From assembly GCF_003334335.1 (NCBI RefSeq), contig NZ_QOWQ01000010.1: 64,000 nt of DNA, one strand, 5' to 3'. The translations under genes and the position numbers were made by a program. The notes beneath the pieces were generated by a model, which ran no database searches, had not been told where the DNA came from, and saw nothing but the letters and a program-made list of their open reading frames with translations. This document shows positions 24,943 to 37,643 of the stretch, piece by piece (positions within the stretch are counted from its first letter, which is position 1; each line of letters starts with the position of its first letter). This stretch comes from Escherichia coli. GTDB lineage: Bacteria > Pseudomonadota > Gammaproteobacteria > Enterobacterales > Enterobacteriaceae.

Positions 24943-25490
24943 TTTGCCTCCACCAGGACCGTCAGATTGCCTGTAATATCTGTCATGTCGGTTAGTTCCC
25001 CTTCATCCTTAAAAGCTGGAGCCATTGTCAGTGTGAGGCTAACGCTTTTACCGCTATCAATTACCACTTCTTGACCATTTTGCATAAACACCAGCCAATT
25101 ATTGGGGGAAGTACTAATTGATGCTGTTCCTGTGCTGCCCGGATTGTCATTTTTGCCACTGGCTAACGCCAGGTCGAGATTGTTACTACCTGAAAATGCA
25201 TCGCTGGCGATCAGATTTAATGAACCATTCGGGCCAAATCCAAATCCGTTGTTGGAAATATTAGCGGTATTCAACTGAACACGAATATGAGCGTCCTGAT
25301 CGCATTGCATTACCAGCGTGATTGTTCTGTCTGCTAATTGTGTTGTTTTACCCCGGTCAACTTGGCGCATGGCAGCACTTCGTTTGCCATAGTCGATATT
25401 TTGTATGCTACTGGAGATATTACACTCTGCCTGAGCGGCCATGGCGAAGTTCAGCAGCAGGCATCCTGTTATTATCCGTTTCATTGGCAC
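24939..25490 (-). CDS. yhcE: fimbrial-like protein (YhcE-like), apparently intact
   Basis: 183-aa ORF with signal peptide (MPMKRIITGCLLLNFAMAAQA); overlaps the yhcF start by 4 nt and the usher stop by 10 nt. Confidence 0.55.
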   Translation of the reverse strand: MPMKRIITGCLLLNFAMAAQAECNISSSIQNIDYGKRSAAMRQVDRGKTTQLADRTITLVMQCDQDAHIRVQLNTANISNNGFGFGPNGSLNLIASDAFSGSNNLDLALASGKNDNPGSTGTASISTSPNNWLVFMQNGQEVVIDSGKSVSLTLTMAPAFKDEGELTDMTDITGNLTVLVEAK

Positions 25491-27862
25491 TCTCCTGTTG
25501 CTGTCTCATAGAACACATCTTTTGGTGCATCTTCTGGGAATGTAAGGTGAATACGGCATGATTGCTGCTCATCTTTTATATCTAGCACCATGTCCGGTTT
25601 GATGTTATTGAGGAATACAACACCGTCATCCACTGATGTTGTCAGATAGTTGCCTTCACTATCTTCAATCGCAACGCCTCTGGGCAGTTTTTTGCCGTCG
25701 GAAAGTGTGATACTGAGTAATGCACGGCGTTGTGTTATCGCACTGAATCCGACTTTCCCTACTGCACCACGGCCTTGTTTGATCATTTTTGTGCCGTTAC
25801 CGATATCGACATTTTTTGGCAAGCTGGCGGTATCGATCTCAACTCCTGATGTTCGCCACGGCTGGATTGATGGAATGACGGCATTACCCCGAAAATCTGT
25901 CCATACTGGGCCTGCCTGAGATGTAATTCTGACACCTGCAATATTGTTATCCATTTTTGCGATGGCGAAAGTGTCATTGATAGTCCACGGTGAAAAGGTC
26001 ACTCCCTGATCATGTACGGCAATACCACCTGACATCGTACCGTTGTAAGTACGGCTATCACTGCCGCTTGCTCCTGCGGCAAGGCTGACTTGGGTGTAAT
26101 GGAGATTGGAACTGATACTGCCGTTCAAGCTCGTTTCACGTTCGTCGTGATCTCGTTCAGCATTCACATAGTAGGACATCTCATCTGAGACGACTCCCAT
26201 GACACCAGTACCATAGTGGGTTTTATGATCGTCATGGCGAGTATACAGTGTGGCGGTGTTTGATCTGCCAAATGGAATACTGATGTTGACGTAGAACAGA
26301 TCACCATCGTCTTCATTATTTTCTGAAGCACTAAGTTGATGCTGCCAGTTGACGGAAACCGTGGCGTGTTTGAACGCTTTGTTCCAGTTAATATTAAGGT
26401 TGCTTGAGTCATTGTCACCGTCGTAACTATATGTTTTATAGCCACTGATGTTGAAACCACCCAGAATGGAGTTAGACCAGTTTAAACCAAGCGCATAAGT
26501 GCTTTTAGTCGGATCGGTATAATCATCATCAATCGCTTCAGACAGTTCGCGATAATGGCGATCAGATCGAGTGAGGCTGGTTGTTAGCCCAAGTGAAAAT
26601 GGGAGATTGTAGTTCGCGTCAAGACGATATTTCTGTCCTTGCAGTGAGTCTTTCGTATCCTGCGATGTACTAATTTGGCTGCTCACTGTTAAATCGGGCA
26701 GGGGAACCAGACTCGACCGGATTGATGCCGCCTGATAATTTTCTGCTACGATAACGCCGCCGTTCATTGCACTCCAGCGTGTCAGATTCCATCCGCTCGA
26801 TGCACTAATTACCCAAGGTGATTCGTCATAGTCATCGTCTACCCGCCCTATCGCGAAGCGATAACCCTGGAAGCTTTCTACATGCTGATTAAACAGGGTG
26901 GAGGGAACAATATAGTTGTGCGAACTACCGTCTGTTTCGACAACGGTGACATTAAGATCACTATTACCATTGCGAACAGGTACATCAGGGATAGTGAATG
27001 CGCCCGCAGGAACCAGAATGGAATGAATTAAAACTCCTTGTTGACGAATCTCGACACGAGCCTGAGAGGTGTTGGCTATACCAGTAACTTGCACACCACT
27101 GCCGCTGGTTTGCAATGCGTTGTCCGGTGCGATTTCGATACCGTAAATACTGGCTCCTTCCAACACGCTATTATTGAGGTTAACTTCACCTGCTCGCATG
27201 AGTGTTTTAAGATCTGTAAAGGTACGTTGAAGGTAGGTTGACGAGTTCTGGTTACTGAATGTGCCATTTGTTTGTGTAAGGAACTGATGGCTGCGTAACA
27301 TCCAGTCATTAATATTAATCCCGCCTTCAAGTGCAGCCTGGGAGTAGTCCGAACTCCCATTAGAAAATTCTGCACGGCTGCTCATCAGAGAGTAGTTTAG
27401 CAGCGCAGCTGTTCCACCAGTTGCTGCGTTTGTGAGATCCAACCCTATGGGAATGATCGCCTGTGGTGAAACGATAATATCTAACGCTTCCTGGTTAGGT
27501 AATGGTGTGATTGTGGTACCCGGGTAGGACAATATATAGTCGTAACAGCCATTTTTTTCTTCAGAAGGAATTTTTAAACCGGCTTGTTGCAGAAATGCCT
27601 GATCAAGACAAATGTCGCCATTTTCATCAAAGCGCGTAGCAATGTTGCCTTTTTTTTCGCCATTTACTGATACTATCAGTGAATATTCACCTGGCAAAAA
27701 ACGGGCTGAACGGGAAAAATAATGCGATATATTAGGATCTACACCTAGTGATTTTAATGTTTCCCGATCAAAATCAACAGCGGCAATCTCTATACCATCT
27801 GCATTGGCTGGGGGAGAAAAGGCAAAACCAATGGTGTAGGCCAGTAACGTTTTTTTTAACAT
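25481..27862 (-). CDS. yhcD: outer-membrane fimbrial usher YhcD
   Basis: About 793-aa product from ATG 27862 (MLKKTLLAYTIGFAFSPPANA signal peptide); the track ORF uses a TTG at 27880. Confidence 0.85.
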   Translation of the reverse strand: MLKKTLLAYTIGFAFSPPANADGIEIAAVDFDRETLKSLGVDPNISHYFSRSARFLPGEYSLIVSVNGEKKGNIATRFDENGDICLDQAFLQQAGLKIPSEEKNGCYDYILSYPGTTITPLPNQEALDIIVSPQAIIPIGLDLTNAATGGTAALLNYSLMSSRAEFSNGSSDYSQAALEGGININDWMLRSHQFLTQTNGTFSNQNSSTYLQRTFTDLKTLMRAGEVNLNNSVLEGASIYGIEIAPDNALQTSGSGVQVTGIANTSQARVEIRQQGVLIHSILVPAGAFTIPDVPVRNGNSDLNVTVVETDGSSHNYIVPSTLFNQHVESFQGYRFAIGRVDDDYDESPWVISASSGWNLTRWSAMNGGVIVAENYQAASIRSSLVPLPDLTVSSQISTSQDTKDSLQGQKYRLDANYNLPFSLGLTTSLTRSDRHYRELSEAIDDDYTDPTKSTYALGLNWSNSILGGFNISGYKTYSYDGDNDSSNLNINWNKAFKHATVSVNWQHQLSASENNEDDGDLFYVNISIPFGRSNTATLYTRHDDHKTHYGTGVMGVVSDEMSYYVNAERDHDERETSLNGSISSNLHYTQVSLAAGASGSDSRTYNGTMSGGIAVHDQGVTFSPWTINDTFAIAKMDNNIAGVRITSQAGPVWTDFRGNAVIPSIQPWRTSGVEIDTASLPKNVDIGNGTKMIKQGRGAVGKVGFSAITQRRALLSITLSDGKKLPRGVAIEDSEGNYLTTSVDDGVVFLNNIKPDMVLDIKDEQQSCRIHLTFPEDAPKDVFYETATGECQ

Positions 27863-27882
27863 CCTTGTCGCTCCAGGCAAAG

Positions 27883-28557
27883 TTATTTTAAGTCAGTGAC
27901 ATATTTATTACCGCGATAACCATATCGGCTGGCTGGGTAAAACTCGACTTTTGTATCCGTAGCGTTTGTTAATGCAGTAGTTGTACTGGTGTGTGGTAGA
28001 AAATAGGTCTTATTTATAGCCCCCGTTTTTCCTGAAGGGAGCGTTTTAAATTGTAAGGTCATACGAACGACATAATTACTGGGGTTGCTAATCTCAATTT
28101 GGTCGCCATTTTTACGCCATTCCAGGAATTTCCAGGTCTCTCGCTCTTCCGGCAGGGAAGCCGGGTGGATCAGTACAGGTAGATCCTGACGAATTGAAAC
28201 AGTAACTCTGCTGCTCTTGTCATCTTTTGGTGGAATACCTTCGAACGTTACGCGTTTCAGCTCTTCTGATTGCAGAGGAACAGTCGCCTGAAGTAAAAAT
28301 CGAACCTGTTGTACTTGACCGGCTTCAACACGAATAACGGGCTGAGTCGGGATTAAACGAATTGATTTATTGCTTTCAGGCAAATCAACAATGGTGGTGT
28401 AAAGCAATGAAGGATGATCATCTGTATTCTTAATATTAATACTAGCTTCACCACGCTTTTCATCAACCAGCAATACTGATGTTTCAGGAACCATCCCTGT
28501 GGCTAAGGTATTCATTGATGTTGTTATAAATACAGTGAATGTAATGTGTCTGAGCAT
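27883..28557 (-). CDS. yhcA: periplasmic fimbrial chaperone YhcA (PapD-like)
   Basis: 224-aa ORF with signal peptide, immediately upstream of the usher. Confidence 0.85.
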   Translation of the reverse strand: MLRHITFTVFITTSMNTLATGMVPETSVLLVDEKRGEASINIKNTDDHPSLLYTTIVDLPESNKSIRLIPTQPVIRVEAGQVQQVRFLLQATVPLQSEELKRVTFEGIPPKDDKSSRVTVSIRQDLPVLIHPASLPEERETWKFLEWRKNGDQIEISNPSNYVVRMTLQFKTLPSGKTGAINKTYFLPHTSTTTALTNATDTKVEFYPASRYGYRGNKYVTDLK

Positions 28558-28728
28558 TTAAATTAAAACTCCTGTAATAATGATAAATAACGCAGAAACA
28601 TATTGTTAATATATGTTATGCACTGTTTGCGATGAGATTGATTAAGACAGACCATGTCATAGGGCATAATCTGTCCGAGTTATAGCTAACTGGTTAATGC
28701 GTAAAAATAAAAACTGTATTACAAGTTC

Positions 28729-29493
28729 TTATAAATACTGAACGCTGATAGTGACGTTACCATCCAGTTTGATCGTTTCATCAGAACCAAGAATAGTATT
28801 GTCATTTACCGCAGCATCAATCAGTAACGGGAAGGTGACCGCTGTAATGGCAACAGGTGTCAGTTCCCCTGTTTTTGCAACAGAATAACCGCGCTCGATT
28901 GCTGAGCAACTTGTCAGCGAGCAGAATGCGCCATTAGATGAGGCTTTCCATGTGGGGGTCGCTGCTGACCAGTGGTCAGTTTGAATCAGGTCGACAGGAA
29001 TTTCACCTGTATCGTCCGCCGCGTGAATCCCACCATTAGACCTGTCAATACCAATGGATGCAGCGCCAATTTTTTGTCCATTAGGCGCAGAACCTAAACC
29101 AAAGGCGTTTTTCGTTCCCTTCATATCTACGAGAGTATCATAAGCTTTTTCAATATAGGATGTGTCGTTTAACGCTACAATGGTCGACTGACGGTTATCC
29201 TTGGAGGTTACAGCAATTAGCGTTGGTGCTGTGCAGGTTATATTTAATGTGCTGTTTTTGCGGCCCAGTTGAACCAGTTTATTACTTTTACCGGTCGGAT
29301 TCAGCGCACTGTTATGATGTTTCCCATAGTCAACAATGCCGCCGCCCGTAACAACTGGGGTACATGCACCAGGGGTATACTCGCCGATGATAGTTAATTC
29401 TGTATCAGTTGAATCTGTTGCCATGGCACTGAATGCTGCAACAGAAAGTGCTGCACAAATAGCAGCTGTTGTGAGGTTCTTTTTGAAAAACAT
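28729..29493 (-). CDS. gltF: GltF (periplasmic, fimbrial-subunit-like protein)
   Basis: 254-aa ORF with signal peptide (MFFKKNLTTAAICAALSVAAFSAMA) and C-terminal ...ISVQYL; first gene of the yhcA/D/E/F cluster in this orientation. Confidence 0.8.
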   Translation of the reverse strand: MFFKKNLTTAAICAALSVAAFSAMATDSTDTELTIIGEYTPGACTPVVTGGGIVDYGKHHNSALNPTGKSNKLVQLGRKNSTLNITCTAPTLIAVTSKDNRQSTIVALNDTSYIEKAYDTLVDMKGTKNAFGLGSAPNGQKIGAASIGIDRSNGGIHAADDTGEIPVDLIQTDHWSAATPTWKASSNGAFCSLTSCSAIERGYSVAKTGELTPVAITAVTFPLLIDAAVNDNTILGSDETIKLDGNVTISVQYL

Positions 29494-30012
29494 ATGAACA
29501 TATCCTTAATAACAAATTTATTTTTTAAAATAAAAAGCTGAAGCAGTATATATATCTGTTTGTGAATGTAAATAAATAACTCGTTCAGAAATAGCCAACT
29601 TGCTGGGATGTATTTATTTAATGAATTTTATAGTTACGATCATGTGAATAATAAGGTGCTGGTGAGGTGGTTTGTGGTGATAATTATTCATTACATGAAT
29701 GTTTGCGCTGAAAAATAGGAAAATATATAGATAATTAAGGATAATATATTGGTTTTTTATATTCATATTTTGTATATTAATATCGAGACAATTTACATGA
29801 AATGAAAAGACTGAATAGCTTGCAGAATCGGTATTGTCAGAGGTGTTAACAAGTAATTGAGACGGATTGTAAATGAGAAATTGCTTGATGTGCTTCACTC
29901 ATCAGACTTGGTGAACAAAGCACAATTTATTGAAAATTATCCCTATTATAGGAAAGGTCAAACGCTCATGCCGCATTTGCCAGAAAACAACGCGCACTTC
30001 GTCAGTAATTTG

Positions 30013-30037
30013 ATTCGCCAGACACAGTCTGGCGAAT
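30013..30037. repeat. CAGAC-N3-GTCTG palindrome unit (perfect 11-bp arms) 16 bp downstream of the gltD stop
   Basis: attcgccagac-aca-gtctggcgaat; arms identical to yhcG unit 3. Confidence 0.8.
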
Positions 30038-30052
30038 TCATTGTTACCTCGC

Positions 30053-31483
<1,431 letters not shown>

Positions 31484-34400
31484 TTACTGCGCCTGCACGC
31501 GCAACTCAGCTGCGCTACGACTACGGTGACCCAGCAGTGCTTTTACATCACTGGACTTCGGTTTAACCAGCGCAAATTTAGTGGCGAAGGTTGACCAGTT
31601 CGCCAGAATCTCTTCACCGCGCTGAGAGCCGGTATGCTGCACATGCTCGGTGATAAGACCACGCAGATGCTCTTCATGGATCGCCAGAGCGTCAACGCTT
31701 AAGACCTCGACCAGTTCCGGGTTAACGCGTTTGCGGAAATCGCCGCTTTCATCGAGAACGTAAGCGAAACCGCCGGTCATGCCCGCACCGAAGTTAACGC
31801 CGGTTTTACCCAGAATGCAGACGATACCACCCGTCATATATTCACAACCGTTGTCGCCAATGCCTTCTACCACGGTGATAGCACCGGAGTTACGCACGCC
31901 GAAACGTTCACCCGCGCGGCCTGCGGCATACAGACGACCACCGGTCGCGCCATACAGGCAGGTGTTGCCGATAATGCTTGCTTCATGGCTGCGGAAGGCG
32001 GAACCAACCGGAGGACGAATGGCGATTAAGCCGCCCGCCATGCCTTTACCGACATAGTCGTTGGCATCACCGGTCAGGTACAGTTCCACGCCGCCCGCGT
32101 TCCACACGCCGAAGCTCTGGCCTGCGGTGCCGTTGAAGTACGCTTTGATAGGATCGGCTGCCAGCCCCTGATCGCCGTGCGTCTGGGCGATATAGCCTGA
32201 AAGCGACGCGCCGACAGAACGGTCGGTGTTGCGAATATCGAACCAGAAGGTTTTGCTCTGGCGCTCATCGACAAACGGTTTCGCCTGTTGCAGCAACTGC
32301 GCGTTCAGCAGGCCGTTATCAAACGGCGGGTTGTTTTCGGTGCAGTAGAGTGCCTTACCTGGATGCGGTTCGGCAGTCTCCAGCAGCTTCGACAGCGCCA
32401 GCTTCTGCTGTTTGGCGGTGAAACCGTCCAGCTCTTTCAGCAGGTCGGTGCGACCAATCAGATCCACCAGACGTGTTACGCCAAGCTGTGCCATCAGCTC
32501 GCGGGTTTCACGGGCGATAAACTCAAAGTAATTCGTCACCTTGAATGGCAGGCCGTGATAGTGGTTCTTACGCAGTTTGTCATCCTGAGTTGCTACACCC
32601 GTTGCGCAGTTGTTCAGATGGCAAATACGTAGATATTTACAGCCGAGCGCCACCATCGGGCCAGTGCCGAAGCCGAAGCTTTCTGCGCCGAGAATCGCCG
32701 CCTTGATGATATCGACACCCGTTTTCAGGCCGCCATCGACCTGCAAACGGATCTTGTGACGCAAGCCGTTAGCAACCAGCGCCTGCTGGGTTTCAACAAG
32801 CCCCAGCTCCCACGGACAGCCTGCGTATTTCACCGATGAAAGCGGACTTGCGCCGGTGCCGCCGTCATAGCCTGCGATGGTGATCAAGTCCGCATAAGCT
32901 TTTGCCACGCCAGTCGCGATGGTGCCTACTCCCGGTTCGGAAACCAGCTTCACGGAGATCATCGCTTTCGGGTTAACCTGCTTGAGGTCGAAAATGAGCT
33001 GCGCTAAGTCCTCGATAGAGTAGATATCGTGGTGCGGCGGCGGGGAGATCAGCGTCACTCCGGGCACCGAATAGCGCAGTTTGGCGATGTAAGGCGTGAC
33101 TTTATCACCCGGCAACTGACCGCCTTCGCCTGGCTTCGCGCCCTGGGCGACTTTAATCTGAATGACGTCGGCATTGACCAGATACGCCGGAGTAACCCCA
33201 AAGCGACCGGAAGCCACCTGCTTGATGCGCGACACTTTGTTGGTGCCGTAGCGCGCCGGGTCTTCGCCGCCTTCACCGGAGTTCGAATTACCGCCGATGC
33301 TGTTCATCGCTTCCGCCAGCGCCTCGTGGGCTTCCGGGCTTAACGCGCCGATAGACATCGCGGCGGTATCAAAGCGTTTAAACAGTTCGCTTGCCGGTTC
33401 AACATCAGCAATGTTGACCGCGTTTTCACCCGGCGTAATTGCCAGCAGATCGCGCAGCGTGGTTGCCGGACGCTCATTAACCAGCTTCGCGTATTCCTGA
33501 TAGTCGCTGTACTCGCCGCTTTGTACCGCTTGTTGCAGCGTGCGCACCACGTCCGGGTTGTAGGCGTGGTATTCGCCGCCGTGGACGTATTTCAGCAGAC
33601 CGCCCTGGCTGATGGGCTTACGCGCCAGCCAGGCACGTTTCGACAGATTCAGCAGATCCTGCTGGAAGTCTTCAAAGCTTGCTCCACCAATGCGGCTGAC
33701 CGCCCCCTGGAAGCACAGGCCCACTACATCATCGTGTAGACCGACCGCTTCAAACAGTTTCGAGCAGCGGTAAGAGGCGATGGTGGAGATGCCCATTTTG
33801 GACATGATTTTGTACAAGCCTTTGTTGATGCCGTTACGGTAGTTGAGCATCACGGTACGATAATCTTTGGCAATCGCATGGGTGTCTACCAGGCGGCCCA
33901 GCGTTTCATAGGCAAGGTATGGATAAATAGCCGTCGCGCCGAAGCCCAGCAACACGGCGAAGTGGTGCGGATCGCGGGCGCTGGCGGTTTCGACGATGAT
34001 GTTGGCATCGCAACGCAGGCTTTGATCGACCAGACGGGTCTGGATCGCGCCAACCGCCATCGGGGCTGGAACCGGCAGGCGATCTTTAGCGATATTCCGG
34101 TCGGAGAGCACCAGCAGCACGGTGCCGCTACGTACCATTTTTTCGGCTTTGTCGCACAGCTCTTTGACTGTCGCTTCGAGCGTGGTTTTAGTGACGTCAA
34201 AGGTGATATCCAGCGTATCTGCGCGGTAGTGCTCCTCTTTCATCGTCGTGAGCTGTTTGAAATCGGAGTAGAGCAGAATCGGCGATTTAAAGCTTAAACG
34301 GTGCGCCTGGCCCTCTGCTTCGCAAAAGACGTTCATTTCACGACCGATACTGGTGGCGAGCGACATAACATGCGCTTCACGCAGCGGGTCGATTGGCGGG

Positions 34401-35944
34401 TTAGTCACCTGGGCAAACTGCTGGCGGAAGTAGTCGTAAATAATGCGCGGCTGACTGGAGAGCACGGCGAATGGGGTATCATCGCCCATCGAACCGACCG
34501 CTTCCTGACCGTTTTCGCCCAGTACGCGAATTACGGAGTCCAGCTCTTCCGCGCTGTAGTTAAACTGTTTCTGGTAGCTGGCAAGCGTGTCGTCGTCCAG
34601 TTCGCGGCTACCCACTTCTTCATCGGGCAGATCTTCAAACGGTACCAGTCGGCGGACGTTTTTCTCCATCCACTCTTTATATGGATGGCGGCTTTTCAGA
34701 TCGTCATCGGTTTCTGCCGAGTGCAGAATACGCCCACTGCGGGTGTCGATAACCATCAGTTCGCCTGGCCCGACGCGGCCTTTTTCGACCACTTCGTCAG
34801 GCTGGTAATCCCAGATACCGACTTCAGAGGCGCAGGTGATGAGCTTATCTTTGGTGATGACGTAGCGCGCCGGACGCAGACCGTTACGGTCGAGGTTACA
34901 GGCGGCAAAACGACCGTCGGACATCACGATGCCCGCCGGGCCATCCCACGGCTCCATATGCATGGAGTTAAAGTCAAAGAAGGCACGCAGTTCCGGGTCC
35001 ATATCCGGGTTGTTCTGCCAGGCGGGTGGTACTAATAGACGCATGGCGCGGATGATATCCATCCCGCCTGCCAGCAGCAGTTCCAGCATGTTATCCATCG
35101 AACTGGAGTCAGAGCCGGTTTCGTTGACGAACGGTGCGGCGTCGTGCAGGTCAGGGATAAGCGGTGTCTGGAATTTATAAGTACGCGCACGCGCCCATTG
35201 GCGGTTACCGGTGATGGTGTTGATTTCACCGTTATGCGCCAGATAGCGGAACGGTTGCGCCAGCGGCCAGCGCGGTACGGTGTTAGTGGAGAAGCGCTGG
35301 TGGAACAGGCAAATGGCCGATTCCAGACGCAGGTCCGCAAGATCCAGATAAAAGCGCGGCAGATCCGTCGGCATACACAGACCTTTATAGATGTTCACCA
35401 GATTCGACAGGCTACAGACGTAGAAGTCTTTGTCGGCTTCGAGACGCTTTTCAATGCGGCGGCGGGCGATAAACAGACGGCGCTCCATATCGCGTGGACG
35501 CCAGCCTGCCGGGGCGTTCACAAAAATTTGCTCAATGCGTGGCAGAGAGGAGAGGGCGATTTCACCCAGCACGCCTTCGTTAGTGGGGACATCACGCCAG
35601 CCCACAATCGACAAGGTTTCGCGTTGCAGTTCTTCTTCAACGATGCGGCGTGCGGCAGCGGCGAGTTCAGGATCTTTATTCAGGAAGAGCATCCCGACAG
35701 CGTAGTTTTTTGCTAAACGCCAGCCGCGCTCCTGCGCAACGATGCGAAAAAAGCGATCCGGTTTTTGTAACAGCAAGCCGCAACCGTCGCCGGTTTTACC
35801 ATCGGCGAGAATCGCGCCACGGTGCTGCATGCGGGCCAGTGCGTGTATTGCAGTACGCACTACCTTGTGGCTAGGTTCGCCTTCTATGTGGGCGATCAGG
35901 CCGAAACCACAGTTATCCCTCTCAAGGGATTTATCGTACAACAT
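31484..35944 (-). CDS. gltB: glutamate synthase (NADPH) large subunit
   Basis: About 1486-aa product from ATG 35944 ([19 protein letters not shown]...; Ntn-amidotransferase Cys follows the propeptide); the track ORF extends 36 codons further upstream to 36052. Confidence 0.95.
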   Translation of the reverse strand: MLYDKSLERDNCGFGLIAHIEGEPSHKVVRTAIHALARMQHRGAILADGKTGDGCGLLLQKPDRFFRIVAQERGWRLAKNYAVGMLFLNKDPELAAAARRIVEEELQRETLSIVGWRDVPTNEGVLGEIALSSLPRIEQIFVNAPAGWRPRDMERRLFIARRRIEKRLEADKDFYVCSLSNLVNIYKGLCMPTDLPRFYLDLADLRLESAICLFHQRFSTNTVPRWPLAQPFRYLAHNGEINTITGNRQWARARTYKFQTPLIPDLHDAAPFVNETGSDSSSMDNMLELLLAGGMDIIRAMRLLVPPAWQNNPDMDPELRAFFDFNSMHMEPWDGPAGIVMSDGRFAACNLDRNGLRPARYVITKDKLITCASEVGIWDYQPDEVVEKGRVGPGELMVIDTRSGRILHSAETDDDLKSRHPYKEWMEKNVRRLVPFEDLPDEEVGSRELDDDTLASYQKQFNYSAEELDSVIRVLGENGQEAVGSMGDDTPFAVLSSQPRIIYDYFRQQFAQVTNPPIDPLREAHVMSLATSIGREMNVFCEAEGQAHRLSFKSPILLYSDFKQLTTMKEEHYRADTLDITFDVTKTTLEATVKELCDKAEKMVRSGTVLLVLSDRNIAKDRLPVPAPMAVGAIQTRLVDQSLRCDANIIVETASARDPHHFAVLLGFGATAIYPYLAYETLGRLVDTHAIAKDYRTVMLNYRNGINKGLYKIMSKMGISTIASYRCSKLFEAVGLHDDVVGLCFQGAVSRIGGASFEDFQQDLLNLSKRAWLARKPISQGGLLKYVHGGEYHAYNPDVVRTLQQAVQSGEYSDYQEYAKLVNERPATTLRDLLAITPGENAVNIADVEPASELFKRFDTAAMSIGALSPEAHEALAEAMNSIGGNSNSGEGGEDPARYGTNKVSRIKQVASGRFGVTPAYLVNADVIQIKVAQGAKPGEGGQLPGDKVTPYIAKLRYSVPGVTLISPPPHHDIYSIEDLAQLIFDLKQVNPKAMISVKLVSEPGVGTIATGVAKAYADLITIAGYDGGTGASPLSSVKYAGCPWELGLVETQQALVANGLRHKIRLQVDGGLKTGVDIIKAAILGAESFGFGTGPMVALGCKYLRICHLNNCATGVATQDDKLRKNHYHGLPFKVTNYFEFIARETRELMAQLGVTRLVDLIGRTDLLKELDGFTAKQQKLALSKLLETAEPHPGKALYCTENNPPFDNGLLNAQLLQQAKPFVDERQSKTFWFDIRNTDRSVGASLSGYIAQTHGDQGLAADPIKAYFNGTAGQSFGVWNAGGVELYLTGDANDYVGKGMAGGLIAIRPPVGSAFRSHEASIIGNTCLYGATGGRLYAAGRAGERFGVRNSGAITVVEGIGDNGCEYMTGGIVCILGKTGVNFGAGMTGGFAYVLDESGDFRKRVNPELVEVLSVDALAIHEEHLRGLITEHVQHTGSQRGEEILANWSTFATKFALVKPKSSDVKALLGHRSRSAAELRVQAQ

Positions 35945-36618
35945 ATCGTGAACCTCCCCCAGGCTCTGCGGGAACCCCACTTCCGAACCGCTGCGCACGG
36001 GCACAGAAAGAGCGTGGCGACGGGGTTTGCGTGTCATACGCGCGCCTCGCATTCGCCCCCTTGTTGTCCTTTTCGCATCGGTTAATACGGTGAAGAGGGG
36101 ATCTCAATTACTGCATAAATATGATGAGCAGGCTGCTCATCCAGAAAGCTTCCAGCGGATTTCCAACTTATCGGGAAAGCTGATACAGGTCAAATGGCAA
36201 GCTTATTGGTACAGAAATGTGCTTTAGCGCAAAATTCTTTATTAAATGACTGAAATTAAAATGGATTTTATCTTTAAGGCTAAAAGGGAAGTCGTTAGAG
36301 AAACAGTCAATTCCTGACTGTCATAAAGGTGTGTTAACCCTTATCCTGCCTTGAACTGACGACAAAACCAGCATTTTATACTGCCTTAATTGGTAATGAC
36401 GTTTCATGCTACTGTTTTTGCCTAAAATCCATCAGGAGATAAAAAAATCTGACACAAGATAAGCAAAAGTGATTTATGTGATTATGCATGAAATTTCGGT
36501 AATTTTGATTGATTATGCAGTTGATAAAAGCAGGCCGGGACGATTGATCCAGGTCATCGCCGAATTGAGCTAAAAATGGCAGGCTTTGGCCTCTTTTCAA
36601 GGCGCGGTCTATCAGATT

Positions 36619-37548
36619 ATGCAGTTACAGAAATTAGTCAATATGTTTGGTGGTGATCTCACCCGTCGTTATGGGCAAAAGGTGCATAAGCTGACGCTGC
36701 ACGGCGGTTTTAGCTGCCCTAACCGTGACGGTACCATCGGGCGTGGTGGCTGCACATTCTGTAATGTTGCCTCGTTTGCCGATGAAGCGCAGCAGCATCG
36801 TTCCATTGCCGAGCAACTGGCGCACCAGGCGAATTTAGTTAACCGCGCTAAACGCTATCTGGCCTACTTTCAGGCGTATACCAGCACCTTTGCGGAAGTT
36901 CAGGTGCTGCGTTCTATGTATCAGCAGGCGGTGAGCCAGGCCAATATTGTCGGTTTGTGTGTGGGTACCCGCCCGGACTGCGTGCCGGATGCGGTGCTGG
37001 ATCTGCTTTGCGAATATAAGGACCAGGGTTACGAAGTGTGGCTGGAGCTGGGGCTACAAACCGCCCACGACAAAACACTGCGTCGCATCAACCGCGGCCA
37101 TGATTTTGCCTGTTATCAGCGTACAACCCAGCTGGCACGTCAGCGCGGGCTGAAGGTGTGTTCCCACTTAATTGTCGGCCTGCCTGGCGAAGGGCAGGCT
37201 GAATGTTTGCAAACGCTGGAGCGAGTGGTTGAAACCGGCGTGGACGGCATAAAGCTGCATCCGCTGCATATTGTGAAAGGCAGCATTATGGCGAAAGCCT
37301 GGGAAGCGGGGCGTTTGAACGGTATTGAACTGGAGGATTACACGCTCACTGCCGGAGAAATGATTCGCCATACGCCACCGGAAGTGATCTACCACCGCAT
37401 TTCCGCCAGCGCCCGTCGCCCGACGCTGCTTGCTCCGCTGTGGTGCGAAAATCGATGGACGGGAATGGTCGAGCTGGATCGCTATCTGAATGAACATGGC
37501 GTACAGGGATCGGCGCTGGGACGTCCGTGGCTACCTCCAACGGAGTAG
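36619..37548 (+). CDS. yhcC: radical SAM family protein YhcC
   Basis: 309-aa product from ATG 36619 (MQLQKLVNMFGGDLTRRYGQ...) with Cys cluster (CPNRDG...GGCTFCN); divergent from gltB. Confidence 0.85.
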   Translation: MQLQKLVNMFGGDLTRRYGQKVHKLTLHGGFSCPNRDGTIGRGGCTFCNVASFADEAQQHRSIAEQLAHQANLVNRAKRYLAYFQAYTSTFAEVQVLRSMYQQAVSQANIVGLCVGTRPDCVPDAVLDLLCEYKDQGYEVWLELGLQTAHDKTLRRINRGHDFACYQRTTQLARQRGLKVCSHLIVGLPGEGQAECLQTLERVVETGVDGIKLHPLHIVKGSIMAKAWEAGRLNGIELEDYTLTAGEMIRHTPPEVIYHRISASARRPTLLAPLWCENRWTGMVELDRYLNEHGVQGSALGRPWLPPTE

Positions 37549-37643
37549 GTCGTTGAGGGGAATTCCGCATTTCTCACACAATTTATAACGTAACTGTCAG
37601 AATTGGGTATTATTGGGGCAGGTTGTCGTGAAGGAATTCCCTA

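Noticed and set aside
24939-25490. Expected IS5 insertion or pseudogene at the yhcE position, and IS elements or transposases in general
   Set aside because: The yhcE-like ORF is uninterrupted here, and no transposase, integrase, inverted terminal repeats or target-site duplications are recognisable anywhere in the window. My recollection that K-12 has IS5 at this site is from memory and not checked.
33878-35716. Several long plus-strand ORFs (139-244 aa) antisense to gltB, and similar antisense ORFs inside degQ, nanA, nanK, rpoN, obgE and dcuD
   Set aside because: All lie wholly inside well-supported genes on the opposite strand, and their products have no recognisable motifs. Long open antisense frames are expected in GC-rich coding sequence.
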